A stretch of 64,000 nucleotides of DNA from assembly GCF_006345805.1 (NCBI RefSeq), contig NC_042997.1, forward strand, positions 206,832,001-206,896,000, given 5' to 3'. This DNA is from Octopus sinensis (taxonomy: Eukaryota). The notes under the pieces were generated by a model, which did no database searches, had not been told where the DNA came from, and saw nothing but the letters and a program-made list of their open reading frames with translations. This document shows, piece by piece, positions 1 to 12,199 of the stretch. Positions within the stretch are counted from its first letter, which is position 1, and every line of letters begins with the position of its first letter. A program made the translations under genes and the position numbers.

Positions 1-2456
1 GAACAACCAAAAAAAAAAGGAGAATTAAAACAACAAACTTAGCACCTGAGCAACTTTGGACCCCCATAACAACTGAAGAGGTTACCCAGGCACTGCAAAG
101 ACTAAGCAACTGGATGGCATCTGGGCATGACAGGATCCCCAACTTCTGGTTAAAATATCTGACAGGAATGCACAAAAAGCTGGCTGAAAACTTTAACAAC
201 ATACTGGCAGAGCCAGAGACAATGCCTGAATGGCTCATGAAGGGGAAAACCATCATAATTCCCAAATCCAATTAGACAGCAAAACCAGAAAACTACAGAC
301 CTATAACCTGTCTCCGTACAATGTACAAAGCATTCACTGCAGTACTATCACAAAGATTAAATAAGCACCTGGACGAAAACAACCTGTTTCCAGAAGAGCA
401 AAAGGATGCTGCAAAGGCTCACATAGCTGTAAAGATCAACTAATGATCAATAAAGCCAAAACTGAAGACAGCCACAGAAAGAAGAAAGCCCTCAGTATGG
501 CATGGATCAACTACCGAAAGGTGTTAGATAGCATTCCCCACACATGGATCCTCAAAACACTAGCCATTAACAAGGTAGCACCAACAATTATAAAATAAAT
601 AGGACACTCTATGAATAAATGGCAGACAGTGCTACAGCTCCAAACAAAAGAGGGACTCGTGAAAACCAAAGCTATCCCCATTAGAAGAGGAATATTCCAG
701 GGAGACACGCTCTCTACACTCCTTTTCTGCTTGGCACTGTCACCTCTATCTGATATGCTAAATAGAACTGGATGCAAATACAAGTGTTACAGCAAAACAA
801 TCAGCCACCTTTTATATGTGGATGACCTAAAACTATACACTACAAATGACAAACAGCTGGAAACACTACTAAAGACAGTTCATGGATTTAACAAAGAAAT
901 AGATATAAAATTTGGATTAGAAAAATGCACCAAAGTAACCCTGAAAAGAGGAAAACTAGTTAGGAGTAGCAACATCACACTAGAAAAAGCCAATGAAATA
1001 AGAGAATTAGACCAAAGCCAAACTTACAAATATTCAGGAGTCCATGAACTAGATAAGACACAACACACACAAATGAAAGAGAAAATATAGAAAGAATACT
1101 ATAGACGAGTTAGATCAATACTAAAAACAGAGCTCAATGCTAAAAACAAGATAACAGGTATTAATACTTTAGCCGTCCCAGTTATAAGTTACAGCTACAA
1201 TATCCTTAACTGGACGCTAAATGAACTAACCAAAATAGATAGGAAAACAAGAAAAATAATGACAGGATCTGGGATGCATCACCCAAAATCTGACATAGAA
1301 AGGCTATATATACAACATATAGAAAGTGGTAGAGGCCTTATAAAGCTGGAAAACTACTATAAAATAACCACCATAGGACTGCAAAAATACCTACTTCAGA
1401 AGCAAAGAAAACTAATACAAATAGCCACAAAACACAAACAAAACAAAAAATTGTTCTCAGTATTTAAGGAAGCTGACAAATGCAAAAAAAGAAGTCATAC
1501 CACCTAACAACTATGAAGAAGAAGAAACAACAAAAGCTATAAAACAAATGAAATCCAAATTAAAACTAGAACAGCAACGGACCATGATAAAACGATGGCA
1601 AGAAAAGCCTCTTCATGGCAAATACTGGGTTAAACTAAATGCAAAAGAAATAGACAGAGAAAAATCCCAGCAATGGTTGAGAAGCTCAGGACTAAAAGCA
1701 GAGATAGAGGGATTTTTGATTGCAGCACAAGACCAAAGCCTCCTCATCAGAAATCACCAAAAACATGTAATGAAAAGAAATATAACAAGTAACTGCAGAA
1801 TATGTGGAGATGGACAAGAAACAATAAATCTTATTATCTCTGGCTGCCCAGTCCTGGTTTAGAAGGAATATATTCACAGACATGACAGAGTTGGGACCTA
1901 CATACACTGGAAACTATGCCAACATTATGGAATAACAACAGAAAAAAGATGGTATAGGTACACACCAGAAAAGGTCACAGAAAACGAGAAAGCAACCATA
2001 CTCTGTCATATGCCGATACACACAGATAGAGAAATTAAGGCCAACATACCAGAAATAGTTGTGAGAGATCATGAAGAAAAAAAATGCTTTCTAATTGATG
2101 TATCAATACCGGCAGATGACAACGTGTCTCTAAAAGAAATGGAGAAACTTTCAAAATACAAAGACCTGGAAATAGAGGTAACCAGAATGTGGAATCTAAA
2201 ACAGAAACAATTCCTATCATAGTAGGTGCATTAGGCATGATAAAAAAATATTCAGACAAATACATAACAAAAACACCAGGACTTACAAACACATATAACA
2301 TACAAAAAATTGCACTACTAGGCACTGCACACATCCTACGCAGAACACTTTCCATACAATAACCATCAGAGCATCACAACAAATCACAGCACATACCCAA
2401 GGCACACAGAACTGCACTCGGTAGTGAAGTGAAAGCACGATATAAAAATAAAACTA

Positions 2457-2492
<36 letters not shown>
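1..2492 (+). mobile_element. R4/Dong-like non-LTR retrotransposon, degraded copy 1 (RT, CCHC knuckle, restriction-like endonuclease), (AAT)n tail
   Basis: GIFQGDTLS and HLLYVDDLKLY RT motifs; CRICGDGQETINLIISGC knuckle; several stops and frameshifts; ends taaaaataaaactactg+(aat)n at 2443-2492. Confidence 0.9.
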
Positions 2493-2493
<1 letters not shown>

Positions 2494-2685
2494 GTGTATG
2501 GAAAACACTCGGTGAGAAATGGAAGAAAATTTGAAGAAAGAAGGAAAAAAAAAAAAAATAATAATAATAAAATATTATGTAAATTTCTTTCTCTGTAAAT
2601 TCATTCAGTTTTATAAATTTTAGAAAAAGATGATTCCATCATTTCATATAGAGGAATCAGTTCTTCAAAATGCATGTCACCTCAC

Positions 2686-2751
2686 CTTTTTTCACATTTC
2701 GATGCCTAAATTTTTTCTTCTGTGACTTCCCTGGTTGAGACTTGGTTGAAG
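2686..2751 (-). CDS. PARP14: Candidate macro-PARP exon, 66 nt, phase 1-1, (A)STKSQPGKSQKKKFRHRNVKK
   Basis: Acceptor ctttctttcatacaag, donor gtgagg, open and in phase with the 3837-3891 exon; no homology check possible. Confidence 0.6.
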
Positions 2752-2814
2752 CTTGTATGAAAGAAAGTAACACTAGAACATAATAATAATGATAATAATA
2801 ATAATGTTGATAAT

Positions 2815-2920
2815 TCTTTCTACTATAGGGAACAAGGCCTGAAATTTTGGGGGTGGGGTGGGGGGCTAGGTGTTTGTATCGACCCCAGTGCTCAGGTGGT
2901 CCTTATTTCATCAACCCCAT
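2815..2920 (+). mobile_element. Dispersed SINE-like repeat fragment (family related to the 115-bp satellite)
   Basis: aacaaggcctgaaatttt...gaccccagtgctcaggtggtccttattt matches 13695-13880 and the satellite monomer. Confidence 0.6.
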
Positions 2921-3582
2921 AAATTTGGGAGAGCAAGGAGTTTTGTGGCATGAACTAAATACTGCTATTGAAGCAAAACGGAACCAGTGGAGTGAAAGGG
3001 TAGGATTAGGGTGGGTACATTGAGAAGACAGGCAAAGAAAAGACAGGAATTGTTTCTGCAGAGGCTGGGTGGCCACCCTGCAGGATGAAAAACAAAACCT
3101 GTCAAAGGGTGGATGATCTCTGCAGATTCGACAGCCATCCAAACAGTATTTCTTTAACAGTACTGCTGCCAAAAAAAGGCAATAACAAGAAGAATGAACA
3201 CCCAACAACAAAAACATTAGAGATTGCCTTTATAAGGATAAATCTACCACAAAGGGAGTGGTGGGAGGTGTGTGTGGCCTTGGCTGGCAGTTCCCTAGGG
3301 ATGCTATCTTGGTTGCATGGTTGGTCTGTGTAGCCTTGGCTGGCAGCTCCCTACAGATGGATGTCCTTCCTAAAGCCAACCACAAGGGCCAGTCAGGCAG
3401 TTCTGGGAGCCAGTAAGGCGATGCATAATTATAATTCTTCTCCCAAATAAGCTGCCCTTCTTATTTGAGGCTCTGATGAAACTACAAGGTGCCGTTCAGC
3501 ACTCAGCTAAGAGTCCATTGCATCTTATAGAAGAAACAGCTGTAAGTTCCTTTGTCATCTCATTTTCTAAATCATCATCATC

Positions 3583-3800
3583 ATCATCATCATTTAGCAT
3601 CTGCTTTCCATGCTGGCATGGATTGGACTGGTCGACTTGGAACTGGTAAGCTGGTGGGGGCTGCACCAGGTTCCATCTGATTTGACATGCTTTCTACAGT
3701 TCAAGGCCCTTCCCAGTACCAACCACCCCAAGAGTGTAATGGGTGCTTTCTATGTGCCATTTGTGTGACACCAGCACAGGTGGTAGTTACGTGACACTAG
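3583..3800 (-). mobile_element. RTE LINE 3' UTR fragment with (GAT)n tail
   Basis: Reverse complement of the RTE 3' ends at 5380-5550 and 46560-46755. Confidence 0.7.
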
Positions 3801-3836
3801 CATAATATTTAATATAAGTAAACAGAAAGAATTTAC

Positions 3837-3891
3837 CTGATGATGCAGTTGAACCATCTGTTGAAATTTCTTGGAAATATTCTTTAAATTT
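3837..3891 (-). CDS. PARP14: Macro-PARP exon D' (55 nt, phase 0-1), KFKEYFQEISTDGSTASS, end of macrodomain 3
   Basis: Acceptor ttttttctaacag, donor gtaaat; same length and phase as paralogous exon 16688-16742, with similar start (KFxEY). Confidence 0.8.
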
Positions 3892-4567
3892 CTGTTAGAA
3901 AAAATAATTTCCTAATTAATTTCTGTTAATTACTATGCAATGTTTTAACTCATTGTTTCTATCACAAATATTGTTTTAAATTAATATTTCCATTTATTGT
4001 ATCATAGAATAACTTCCTATGAGGAAGAGGCTTTTGAATATTCTGTTGTTTGGGGAGGAATTTTTACTTACAGAATAAAAAGAAAAGAAATTTGCTTGTT
4101 TAAGTGACTGTAGAAAATTATTCATGGAATTGAATTTGGTATCAAGATTCCATGTTATGCCCAAACACCAGCTTAATAATGACAAACCGATTTTACTTAA
4201 TTCCTCATTATTTTCAAAACTGTTTAAAACCAAAGGAAGAACATTTCTGTTGAAACAGACTGGCTTTGAGTAAATTCCAGTGAATTACTGGTATGTCAAC
4301 AGTGCTTTACTTCAATGCTATATATACTGTCCTACAGAGTATATCTGCAGATGTGTACCCAACACTGTGGGTATAGATAAAAGGAGAAAGAAGAAAAGGA
4401 ACGGGTCCAGCCAAACAATCTTTTCCTGTCTCCAACACATATTGTATACAGAAAGTGTTTATATGACACTCAGTTTATATACACTCGTCTTGCTTACACC
4501 CATCTATGCATAGACAATATAGTTTATAGAGACATGATGTTTACATTACTATAAAAATATATATATA

Positions 4568-5550
4568 CCGATCTCGCTCAGAGTAAAAGGCAGACTGTAT
4601 GATGCATGTGTACGTACAGCCATGTTACATGGTAGTGAAACTTGGGCTGTGACTGCTGAGGATTTGCATAAGCTCGCAAGAAATGAAGCTAGTATGCTCC
4701 GATGGATGTGTAACATCAGTGTTCATAATCGACAGAGTGTAAGTACCTTGAGAGAAAAGTTGAACCTAAGAAGCATCAGTTGTTGTGTGCAAGAGAGACG
4801 TTTGCGCTGGTATGGTCATGTGATGAGAATGGCTGAAGATAGTTGTGTGCGAAAGTGCCACACCCTGGCAGTTGAGGGGACCTGTGGAAGAGGTAGACCC
4901 AGGAAAACCTGGGTCGAGGTGGTGAAGCACGACCTTCGAACTTTAGGTCTCACCAAGGAAATGACCAGAGACCGAGACCTTTGGAAGTATGCTGTGCGTG
5001 AGAAAACCCGGCAAGACCAGTGAGAACAGTTAAAATCAAAATCAAACCAAATCAATTCATATATCAGTAAACAGAACCAAATTGAGGTCGATCAACATCA
5101 GTGGGAATTGCAGCTGTGGTTAAGCGAACCATCCGATCGTGGTCGTTGCCGGCGCTGCCCCGTCTAGCCTCCGTGTCGGTGGAACGTAAAAGCACCATCC
5201 GTTCGTGTCCGTTGCCAGCCTCGCCTGGCCCCCGTGCAGGTGACACGTAAAAGCACAATCCGTTCGTGGCCGTTTGCCAGCTCTGTCTGGCTCCCGTGTC
5301 GGTGGCACGTAAAAGCACCATCCGTTCGTGTCCGTTTGCCAACTCTGTCTGGCACCTGTGCTGGTGGCACGTAAAAAGCACCCACTACACTCACGGAGTG
5401 GTTGGCGTTAGGAAGGGCATCCAGCCGTAGAAACACTGCCAGATCTGACTGGGCCTGATGAAGCCTTCCAGCTTCGCAGACCCCAGTTGAACCGTCCAAC
5501 CCATGCTAGCATGGAAAACGGACGCTAAATGAAGATGATGATGATGAAGA
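4568..5550 (+). mobile_element. RTE-clade LINE, 5'-truncated (ORF C-terminus, repeat-rich 3' UTR, (GAT)n tail)
   Basis: MLHGSETWAV...RRLRWYGHVMRM...GRGRPRKTW, typical RTE C-terminus; tail gatgatgatgat near 5535. Confidence 0.9.
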
Positions 5551-5694
5551 CATTTACATTAGTCTGTACACACAGATATTGTACATCCATTACATTGATA
5601 TGAGTGTCTATGGTTCTGTATGTGTGGTTAGCCCTGAAACGATGTAATCTCAAGGAAAAATGAATTTGATATTCAAAATCTGCATCTCAATGAA

Positions 5695-5819
5695 GGGTCA
5701 TCCATAAATAATAATATGAAAATATAATTTTCAATGAGAACTCAACTACAAATTTCTTTCTCTCTATTTGTTACCATGAATCTCTGTCTCTTATTTTTCT
5801 CTCTGCCTCTCTCTCTCCC

Positions 5820-5851
<32 letters not shown>

Positions 5852-7045
5852 TGTATTATCTCTCACGCATTGCTTTCATACTGTTTAAAACAATGCCTTC
5901 TAAAGTTTACTTCCGTTGTATCACAGCTTCTATGCACAAACCCTGTTTTTTCATTGCTCTTCTGACCTCGTCTCTAGAATTCATATTTTTTACATCCAAA
6001 TCATCTTTGAAGACTGCAGAATAAATGATAATCAGATGGAACAGTGTCTGACGAATATGGTGGGTGGGGCATCGTTTCCCATTCAAACTGCTCCAGCCTT
6101 TGGAATGTCATTCTTGCTGTATGTGGCCAAACATTATCCTGATGGAAGAACACCTTTCGTCTTGAAACCAAAGATGGTCGTTGTTCTTCTAGTGCTGACT
6201 TAAACTGCTCAAGCTTCTCACTGTAGATCTCCTTCATTATCGTTTGGTTTGGCTTTAAAAGTTCAAAGTGGACTAAACCTTTCATATCTCACAAAACTGA
6301 TAACAGCACCTTATATGGGTGAAGACCTTTTTTCTCCTGGGGTGTCGGTCTTTCTCCTTTTCCTACCCACTGTCTTCAGTACTTGACATTTTTATAGAGA
6401 ACCCATTTCTTGTCACCAGTCGCTATTCAGTCCAAAAAAGATTCATTCATGAGATGTGACAGCAAAGAAGAGCACACCTTCACTCTCAGTGCATGATTAG
6501 ACTCAGAAAGTTTGTGAGGAAATCATTGACACAATTTGCTGTTTGCTGAGTTGTCTGATGGCATGCAGGTGTCGATGAATGGTTGAATGACCAAATCCAA
6601 GCTTCTCTGTTAGTTCCTTAACAGTTATGATGGGATTTTGTTCCACCAGGCTTTGCAGGACATCCTCATAGAGCTCTACAGATCTTCCAGAATGAGGGTT
6701 GTCTTCTAGGCTGTAGTTTCCGACTGAGAATTTGTGGAACCACCATTGACACTGGTTTACACTTATTGTCCGATCCCCATTTACTGCATTCCTCGCACAT
6801 TCCATTGCGTTGCTTCCTTTCTTGAACTCATTAAGCAAAATATGCCAAATATGATCCTTTGTAACTTCCATTGTAGCTTTGAAAAAATAACTGTTAAAAT
6901 TGAACTGCACTCTTCAACACTTGCATTAAGAATAATTAAAAGGTAAAATTACTACCTGCTTTTATAGCAAGTTGATGCTGGTAGTTTATCCCATCCCCCT
7001 CCGACTTTCAGTTCATGCAACGGAAAAAAATCACATTATTTATGG
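5695..7045 (-). mobile_element. Degenerate mariner (Tc1/mariner) DNA transposon
   Basis: HTH region HIWHILLNEFKKG; FHQDNVWPHTAR and PHPPYSSDTVPSDYHLF (HDNARPH and YSPDLAPSD-like); 12-nt inverted core tccataaataat near 5700 and attatttatgga near 7034. Ends approximate. Confidence 0.8.
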
Positions 7046-8795
7046 AAAAGAAATGTGTCCGCATGGATGATGGCTCACTTGCATTTAATGAGGCTGCAAA
7101 GAGAGAGACTTGGAGACACCACTATGAAAGGTTGCCAAATGAAGAGAATGAATGGGAGAAAGAGAGCCTGCCAAATGTCGACCCAACAGAGGGACCAGCT
7201 ATCTAAATCTACAGTACCTTAGTAGATAAAGCAATTAAGGGTATGAAGACAGGGAAAGCCCCAGTCCATCAGGAATCATTGCAGAGGTGCTTATAATATC
7301 TGGTGGTGTAGGCTATAGTCTAGTCCAGTGGTTCCCAAATTATGAGTTGCGACCCATCTGTGGGTCACGAACAGAATCTTAGTGGGTCGTAAAAAGTTAT
7401 AAAATTACACATTAGCTTTGATTAACTGTTGTCTATCGAGATACTCAGTAGAGTTAAGTGAGTCGTCATAAACTGGTGTGATAAATAGTGGGTCGCGACT
7501 CTAAAAAGTTTGGGAACCACTGGTCTAGTCACTCGTGTAGTCAATGTGGTGATACATGAAGGAGTCATACCCAATGACTGGTGTAGCAGCACCTTGGTTA
7601 ACTTCTACAAAGGTAAAAGTGATGCATTAGAAAGAAATAATTAGAGAGAGAGTCAGTTTAGACAAGATACAGTTTGGGTTTGTGCCAGGGAAATGCACCA
7701 GTGATGCTATATTTCTAGTAAGACGGCTGCAGGAGAAATACCTAGCCAAAGATAAACCTCTGTACTTGGCTTTTGTTAATATGGAGAAAGCCTTTGACAG
7801 GGTTTCCGATCCATTATTTGGTGGTCAGTGTGGAAACTAGGGATAGAGGAATTGTTAGTGAGAGCTGTGCAAGACATGTACAGGGATACCCCGGGCAAAG
7901 TGCAGAGAGCTCCTACCTCTGCTGTTAACAAAGGGCCTCTTGCTCCAAGTGAAAGGTAGACTGTATGACGCATGTGTGAGAACAGCCATGCTACACGGCA
8001 GTGAAACATGGGCTGTGACAGTTGAGGACATGCATAAGGCTGCAAGGAATGAAGCCAGTATGCTCCACTGGATGTGTAATGTCAGTGTGGATACACAACA
8101 GAGTTTAAGAACCCTGAGAGAAAAGTTGGACATAAGAATCATCAGATGTGGTGTGCAAGAGAGACGACTGGTATGGTCATGTGCTGCATATGGATGAGGA
8201 TAGCTGTGTGAAAGAGTGTCACACCCTAGCAGTGGAGGGAACTTGTGGAAGAGGTAAACCCAGGAAGACCAGGAATGAGGTGGTGAAGAATGACCATGAA
8301 ATTTTGGAACACACGGAGGTGATAACAAGCAACCAAGATCTTTGGAGATATGCTGTACTTGAGAAGACCTGGCAAGCCAAGTGAGACCATAACCATAGCC
8401 TATGCCAGTGTAATATAATCAGCCCATTTAAGAGTACTCATCAATCATTGGGTGATAAACTGCACTTGCGAAGACCTGTTGAGTCAAGTGAAGTCATTGT
8501 GGTGGACAATGCCAGTACTGCCTGACTGGCATCTGTGTCGGTGACACGTAAAAAGCACCATTTGAGTGAGGTTGTTGCCAGTGCCACATGACTGGCCCCC
8601 ATGCCAGTCGTACATAAAAAGGACCCACTACACTCTCGGAGTGGCTGGTATTGGGAAAGGCATCCAGCTATAGAAACCTTGCCAGATCAGGTTGGAGCCT
8701 GGTGCAGCCTTCAGGCTTGCCAGTCCTCAGTCAAACCATCTAACCCATGCTAGCATGGAAAGCAGACATTAAACAATGATGATGATGATGATGAT
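7046..8795 (+). mobile_element. Degenerate RTE LINE with internal deletions and (GAT)n tail
   Basis: EKKCVRMDDG, GRLYDACVRTAMLHGSETW, GRGKPRKT fragments; colinear with 43850-46755. Confidence 0.85.
7326..7522. mobile_element. hAT-type MITE, 197 bp, inserted in the RTE copy
   Basis: 14-bp TIRs cagtggttcccaaa / tttgggaaccactg; 8-bp TSD gtctagtc at 7318-7325 and 7523-7530. Confidence 0.9.
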
Positions 8796-9596
8796 ATTCC
8801 ACCCATCTCTGCTGGATGTAGGGTTTGCTGACCCCTGCTACTTTGTTGAACACTCGACCGTATCAGATTTTATATTTTGGAGATTTCCCCACTCCGACAG
8901 GAGGTTGAGTTCCACTCAGTTACATTGATGTTATTGGAAAAGACACAGAACAAGAAACAGAGTGAAAGGGGGGGAGGCAGACAGAGATTATTGGTGTGGC
9001 ATTGTTTAAATGTGTCATGATTGTGGCAGCTTGGAGGAGGAAAAGAGTGAAAGGAAGACAGACATCACTGTCTTCAAATCCGCTGAATCAGAACTGACTC
9101 AGGGTTAAATAAGAACAATAAAATCAGCAGCCAAACTGTAAAGAAGTCCTTCAGTGTTACCAATTCTTGTAGAGTTGGTTTTCGATACAACAACAACAAC
9201 AACAACAAACAAAACATTCTTAGCTTCAAATGTTGCAATGGAATATTTCAGAAGCAAGAATTTGGTGATGGGAAATGGTATAATGAAAGGATAAAGCACA
9301 ACAAAATATAATGAACAGCATTAAAGGTAGCATGAAGAAAGGTACCCAGGACATGCTGTGAAGCGGTTGGCATTAGGAATGGCATCCAGCCATAGAAACC
9401 ATGCCAAAGCAGACACTGGGGTTCAATAAACCCTTGTGGCTCATTGGAGCCAGTCAAAATGTTGCACCCACTACAAAATGGAACAAGGGCTGTAAATGAG
9501 GATCATTTCTACTTCTTTTCTTTATTGTGGAATATCACTTTGGTAAATTCCAAGAATATCAACATAAAACAACAAACAACAAAAACATCAACCAAC

Positions 9597-9825
9597 CTTT
9601 ACTATTTCTGTGTCTTGAGGATAAACCACAAAGTAAACATCTTTGATCCTGGCTTGAATTTTGATTTGAGTAGTTTTTCACTGCTTCATACATAGTTCTG
9701 GGTAGGTTTTCAATGGGGTACTTCAATATCCCAGCACCTAATATAGGAAATGCAAGGCTTTTTGCTCCCAATTCCTCAGCTTTTTTCAGACAAATGGTTA
9801 TTATTTCAGTCAAGTTTGCCAGAAT
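9597..9825 (-). CDS. PARP14: Macro-PARP exon C' (macrodomain 3, C-terminal half); one extra base at 9648-9649
   Basis: ILANLTEIITICLKKAEELGAKSLAFPILGAGILKYP...; 229 nt versus 228 nt in paralog 32391-32618; AG/GT boundaries conserved. Confidence 0.9.
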
Positions 9826-10646
9826 CTAAAAAAAAAGATAATTGTTTAGTAATTGATAATGAACATTTTATTACAGGAAGGAATCGTTAAGTTGTAATTA
9901 ATATATTCTTTGATTCCACACAGAATTTGTTGTTCTAAACAGAAATGTTTTACACATTTGAATAACATTAATCAACTTCTAGTGATTATTGGATTAACAG
10001 ATCATGTGTTCATTGGATTAACACAGATCATGTGACAGAAGGATCAACACAGATCATATGATAGCAGGAAGTCTGGTCTGAGTGAAGATATGGATGCCAT
10101 GAATAGAAAGAGAAATGTTCCAAGATTTGGTGGTTGCACAGTGTAATTCAGGTGGAATTTTGTAATTAACAAAAAAAAAAACCAGTAATATGGAAGAGGG
10201 GAGATTAATTATTATTTACAAGAGGGAAATCTGGGTGAGAACATACTGCAAGAAGCAACAAAACCACCCACAAGGCAGGGTGCCACAGGCACAAAAGACT
10301 CTCCACTGCACACAAGAGACTATGGTTGAGTCGAAATGTTCAGGGAATATCTACAATAGAGTCTACATCAATTTCAAACAACCAGAATCCATGCTTTGGA
10401 AACTGTACAGAATACCACAACACCAGACTGTCACACTGTAGCCCAAACTGTACATCACTGGACATCAAAGTACATGCTACTGTCTTGAATCAGACGGAGG
10501 TGTTGTATGACTGGAAAAACAGATCTGTGGGTTGTGCAGAGTTTTATGGACAATTCCATTCATGCCACAGGGATGCTGGATCAATGAAAACCTAGGGTTG
10601 TACAACAACTCTTTCAGTCAAACAATATCATATGATTGATACTTAC

Positions 10647-10874
10647 TGAATGAGAAGAATTTTCATCCCAGTCAGGTAATGCCAGATGAAATACATTGTC
10701 ACATTTGAGGTTGTATCCTTTAGTGATGGCTATTTCAGATGTAGAAATACCTTGAGGATATTTCTGGTTACATTCATCTTGTATCTCAGGACCAGCAGCA
10801 TTGAGAATAAATTTGGAGATAGAACCATCATTAAGCTGGAGCTGTTTATTGGTGCTGTTAACGATGACATCAAC
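10647..10874 (-). CDS. PARP14: Macro-PARP exon B' (macrodomain 3, N-terminal half)
   Basis: VDVIVNSTNKQLQLNDGSISKFILNAAGPEIQDEC...NVFHLALPDW; 228 nt; ttttttag acceptor, gtaagt donor. Confidence 0.9.
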
Positions 10875-11155
10875 CTAAAAAAGTAATTTATGTTAAACAG
10901 CTAAGGAACATTCCGTGGAGAGAAGAGAGATACATTGTTGCAGTTGATATTGTTGTTAAGAAAGGCTCTACAGAATGGCTGTAGTAAGTTTGAGGTTGTT
11001 AAAGTTAGCAAAAGATATACTCAAGATATCAGATGTGAAGGAAATAAAATGTTTGAGTTTGATTGAGAAAATGTTTTAATTAACTGTAATGATTCCTCAT
11101 TTGGAAATGAAATAACAATTAAATATAAATAAGTTACATGAATCTATTTACTCAC

Positions 11156-11250
11156 AAATGCATTCGAAATTGAATCAATCGTTAGGTTTATTTTGATGCC
11201 AGCATTTTCTCTGGATGTCACATTAGTTTTGGGTGTCGACGATACGGTGT
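11156..11250 (-). CDS. PARP14: Macro-PARP exon A' (95 nt, phase 1-0), linker and first strand of macrodomain 3
   Basis: (D)TVSSTPKTNVTSRENAGIKINLTIDSISNAF; acceptor ttgtttattttcag, donor gtgagt. Confidence 0.85.
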
Positions 11251-12199
11251 CTGAAAATAAACAAATATCAGTGTTTGTATATATATACAGACACATAAAT
11301 ATATATACATATATACACATATCTCTTCTTTAATATAGACATTATATATATACACACACACAAATGCACACACACACACACACACATATATGTATATATA
11401 TATACACACTCACATATATATATACATATATATACATATATATATAGACCAATTATTCTCATTATCCCATCATGGTTTAATGTCCATATTCCATCCTGGT
11501 CCAAGTTGTACAAAATGATACAAAAACACACATCTGTCATAGCAAAAGTGAGGTCCTAAATGCATTGTGGTTATTCATGCCCATGCTGGGCCCTACACCC
11601 ACATCTGTCCCTGTGAAGCATCCCCTTCACCACATCTCATCTTCCTAACACCCATCCCTCCATTACTCTTCTAACTACGGTCCTACTTTGCTGCTGTAAC
11701 CATTTGAGAGCAGAATCTGCACATATTCACCACCACCACCACCCTTTCGCTAATACCAGTTGCCTCACTTGCATCATCATCTCCGTCCATACAACCTTCC
11801 ATGGATCATCCCTTTCTCTGCTTTCACTAATCTCCCCCTCCCCACCTCTTATATACACCTTACTCTGCCAGGCTTCATGTTTAACACTTCTCCTATCTGC
11901 ATACCAGGCTGGTGTTCAGCGCAGGATAGCTCTTTTAAACTCTTGAGGATAAAGGAGTCCACTTGAGTCTTTTTTTAAAAGATCCCACTAGAGATGGTGT
12001 CTTGATAAAAATACTGGGGGTTGTGACACCTTATCAACACTTTCTTCTGCATGAGTAATGGATAAAAGAATACAAACAACAGCATAAACGAGGACAAAAC
12101 TACAGGTGAGAGACTGTCACCCAGCAGGTGTCCCGTGGCTCAGCAGCACAGGCCCAGTCTTCATTATACAGCTGCTAGAACAAAATGGACTCAGGCATT

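Noticed and set aside
3837-3857. 21-nt micro-exon using the acceptor at 3858-3859
   Set aside because: The upstream acceptor at 3892-3893 gives a 55-nt exon matching the paralogous exon D in length, phase and sequence
3994-4246. Minus-strand ORF with AG and GT sites as an extra exon
   Set aside because: It would start in phase 2, incompatible with neighbouring exons, and has no recognisable motif
10686-10886. Duplicated plus-strand 66-aa ORFs (also 33237-33437)
   Set aside because: Antisense shadows of macrodomain exons B' and B
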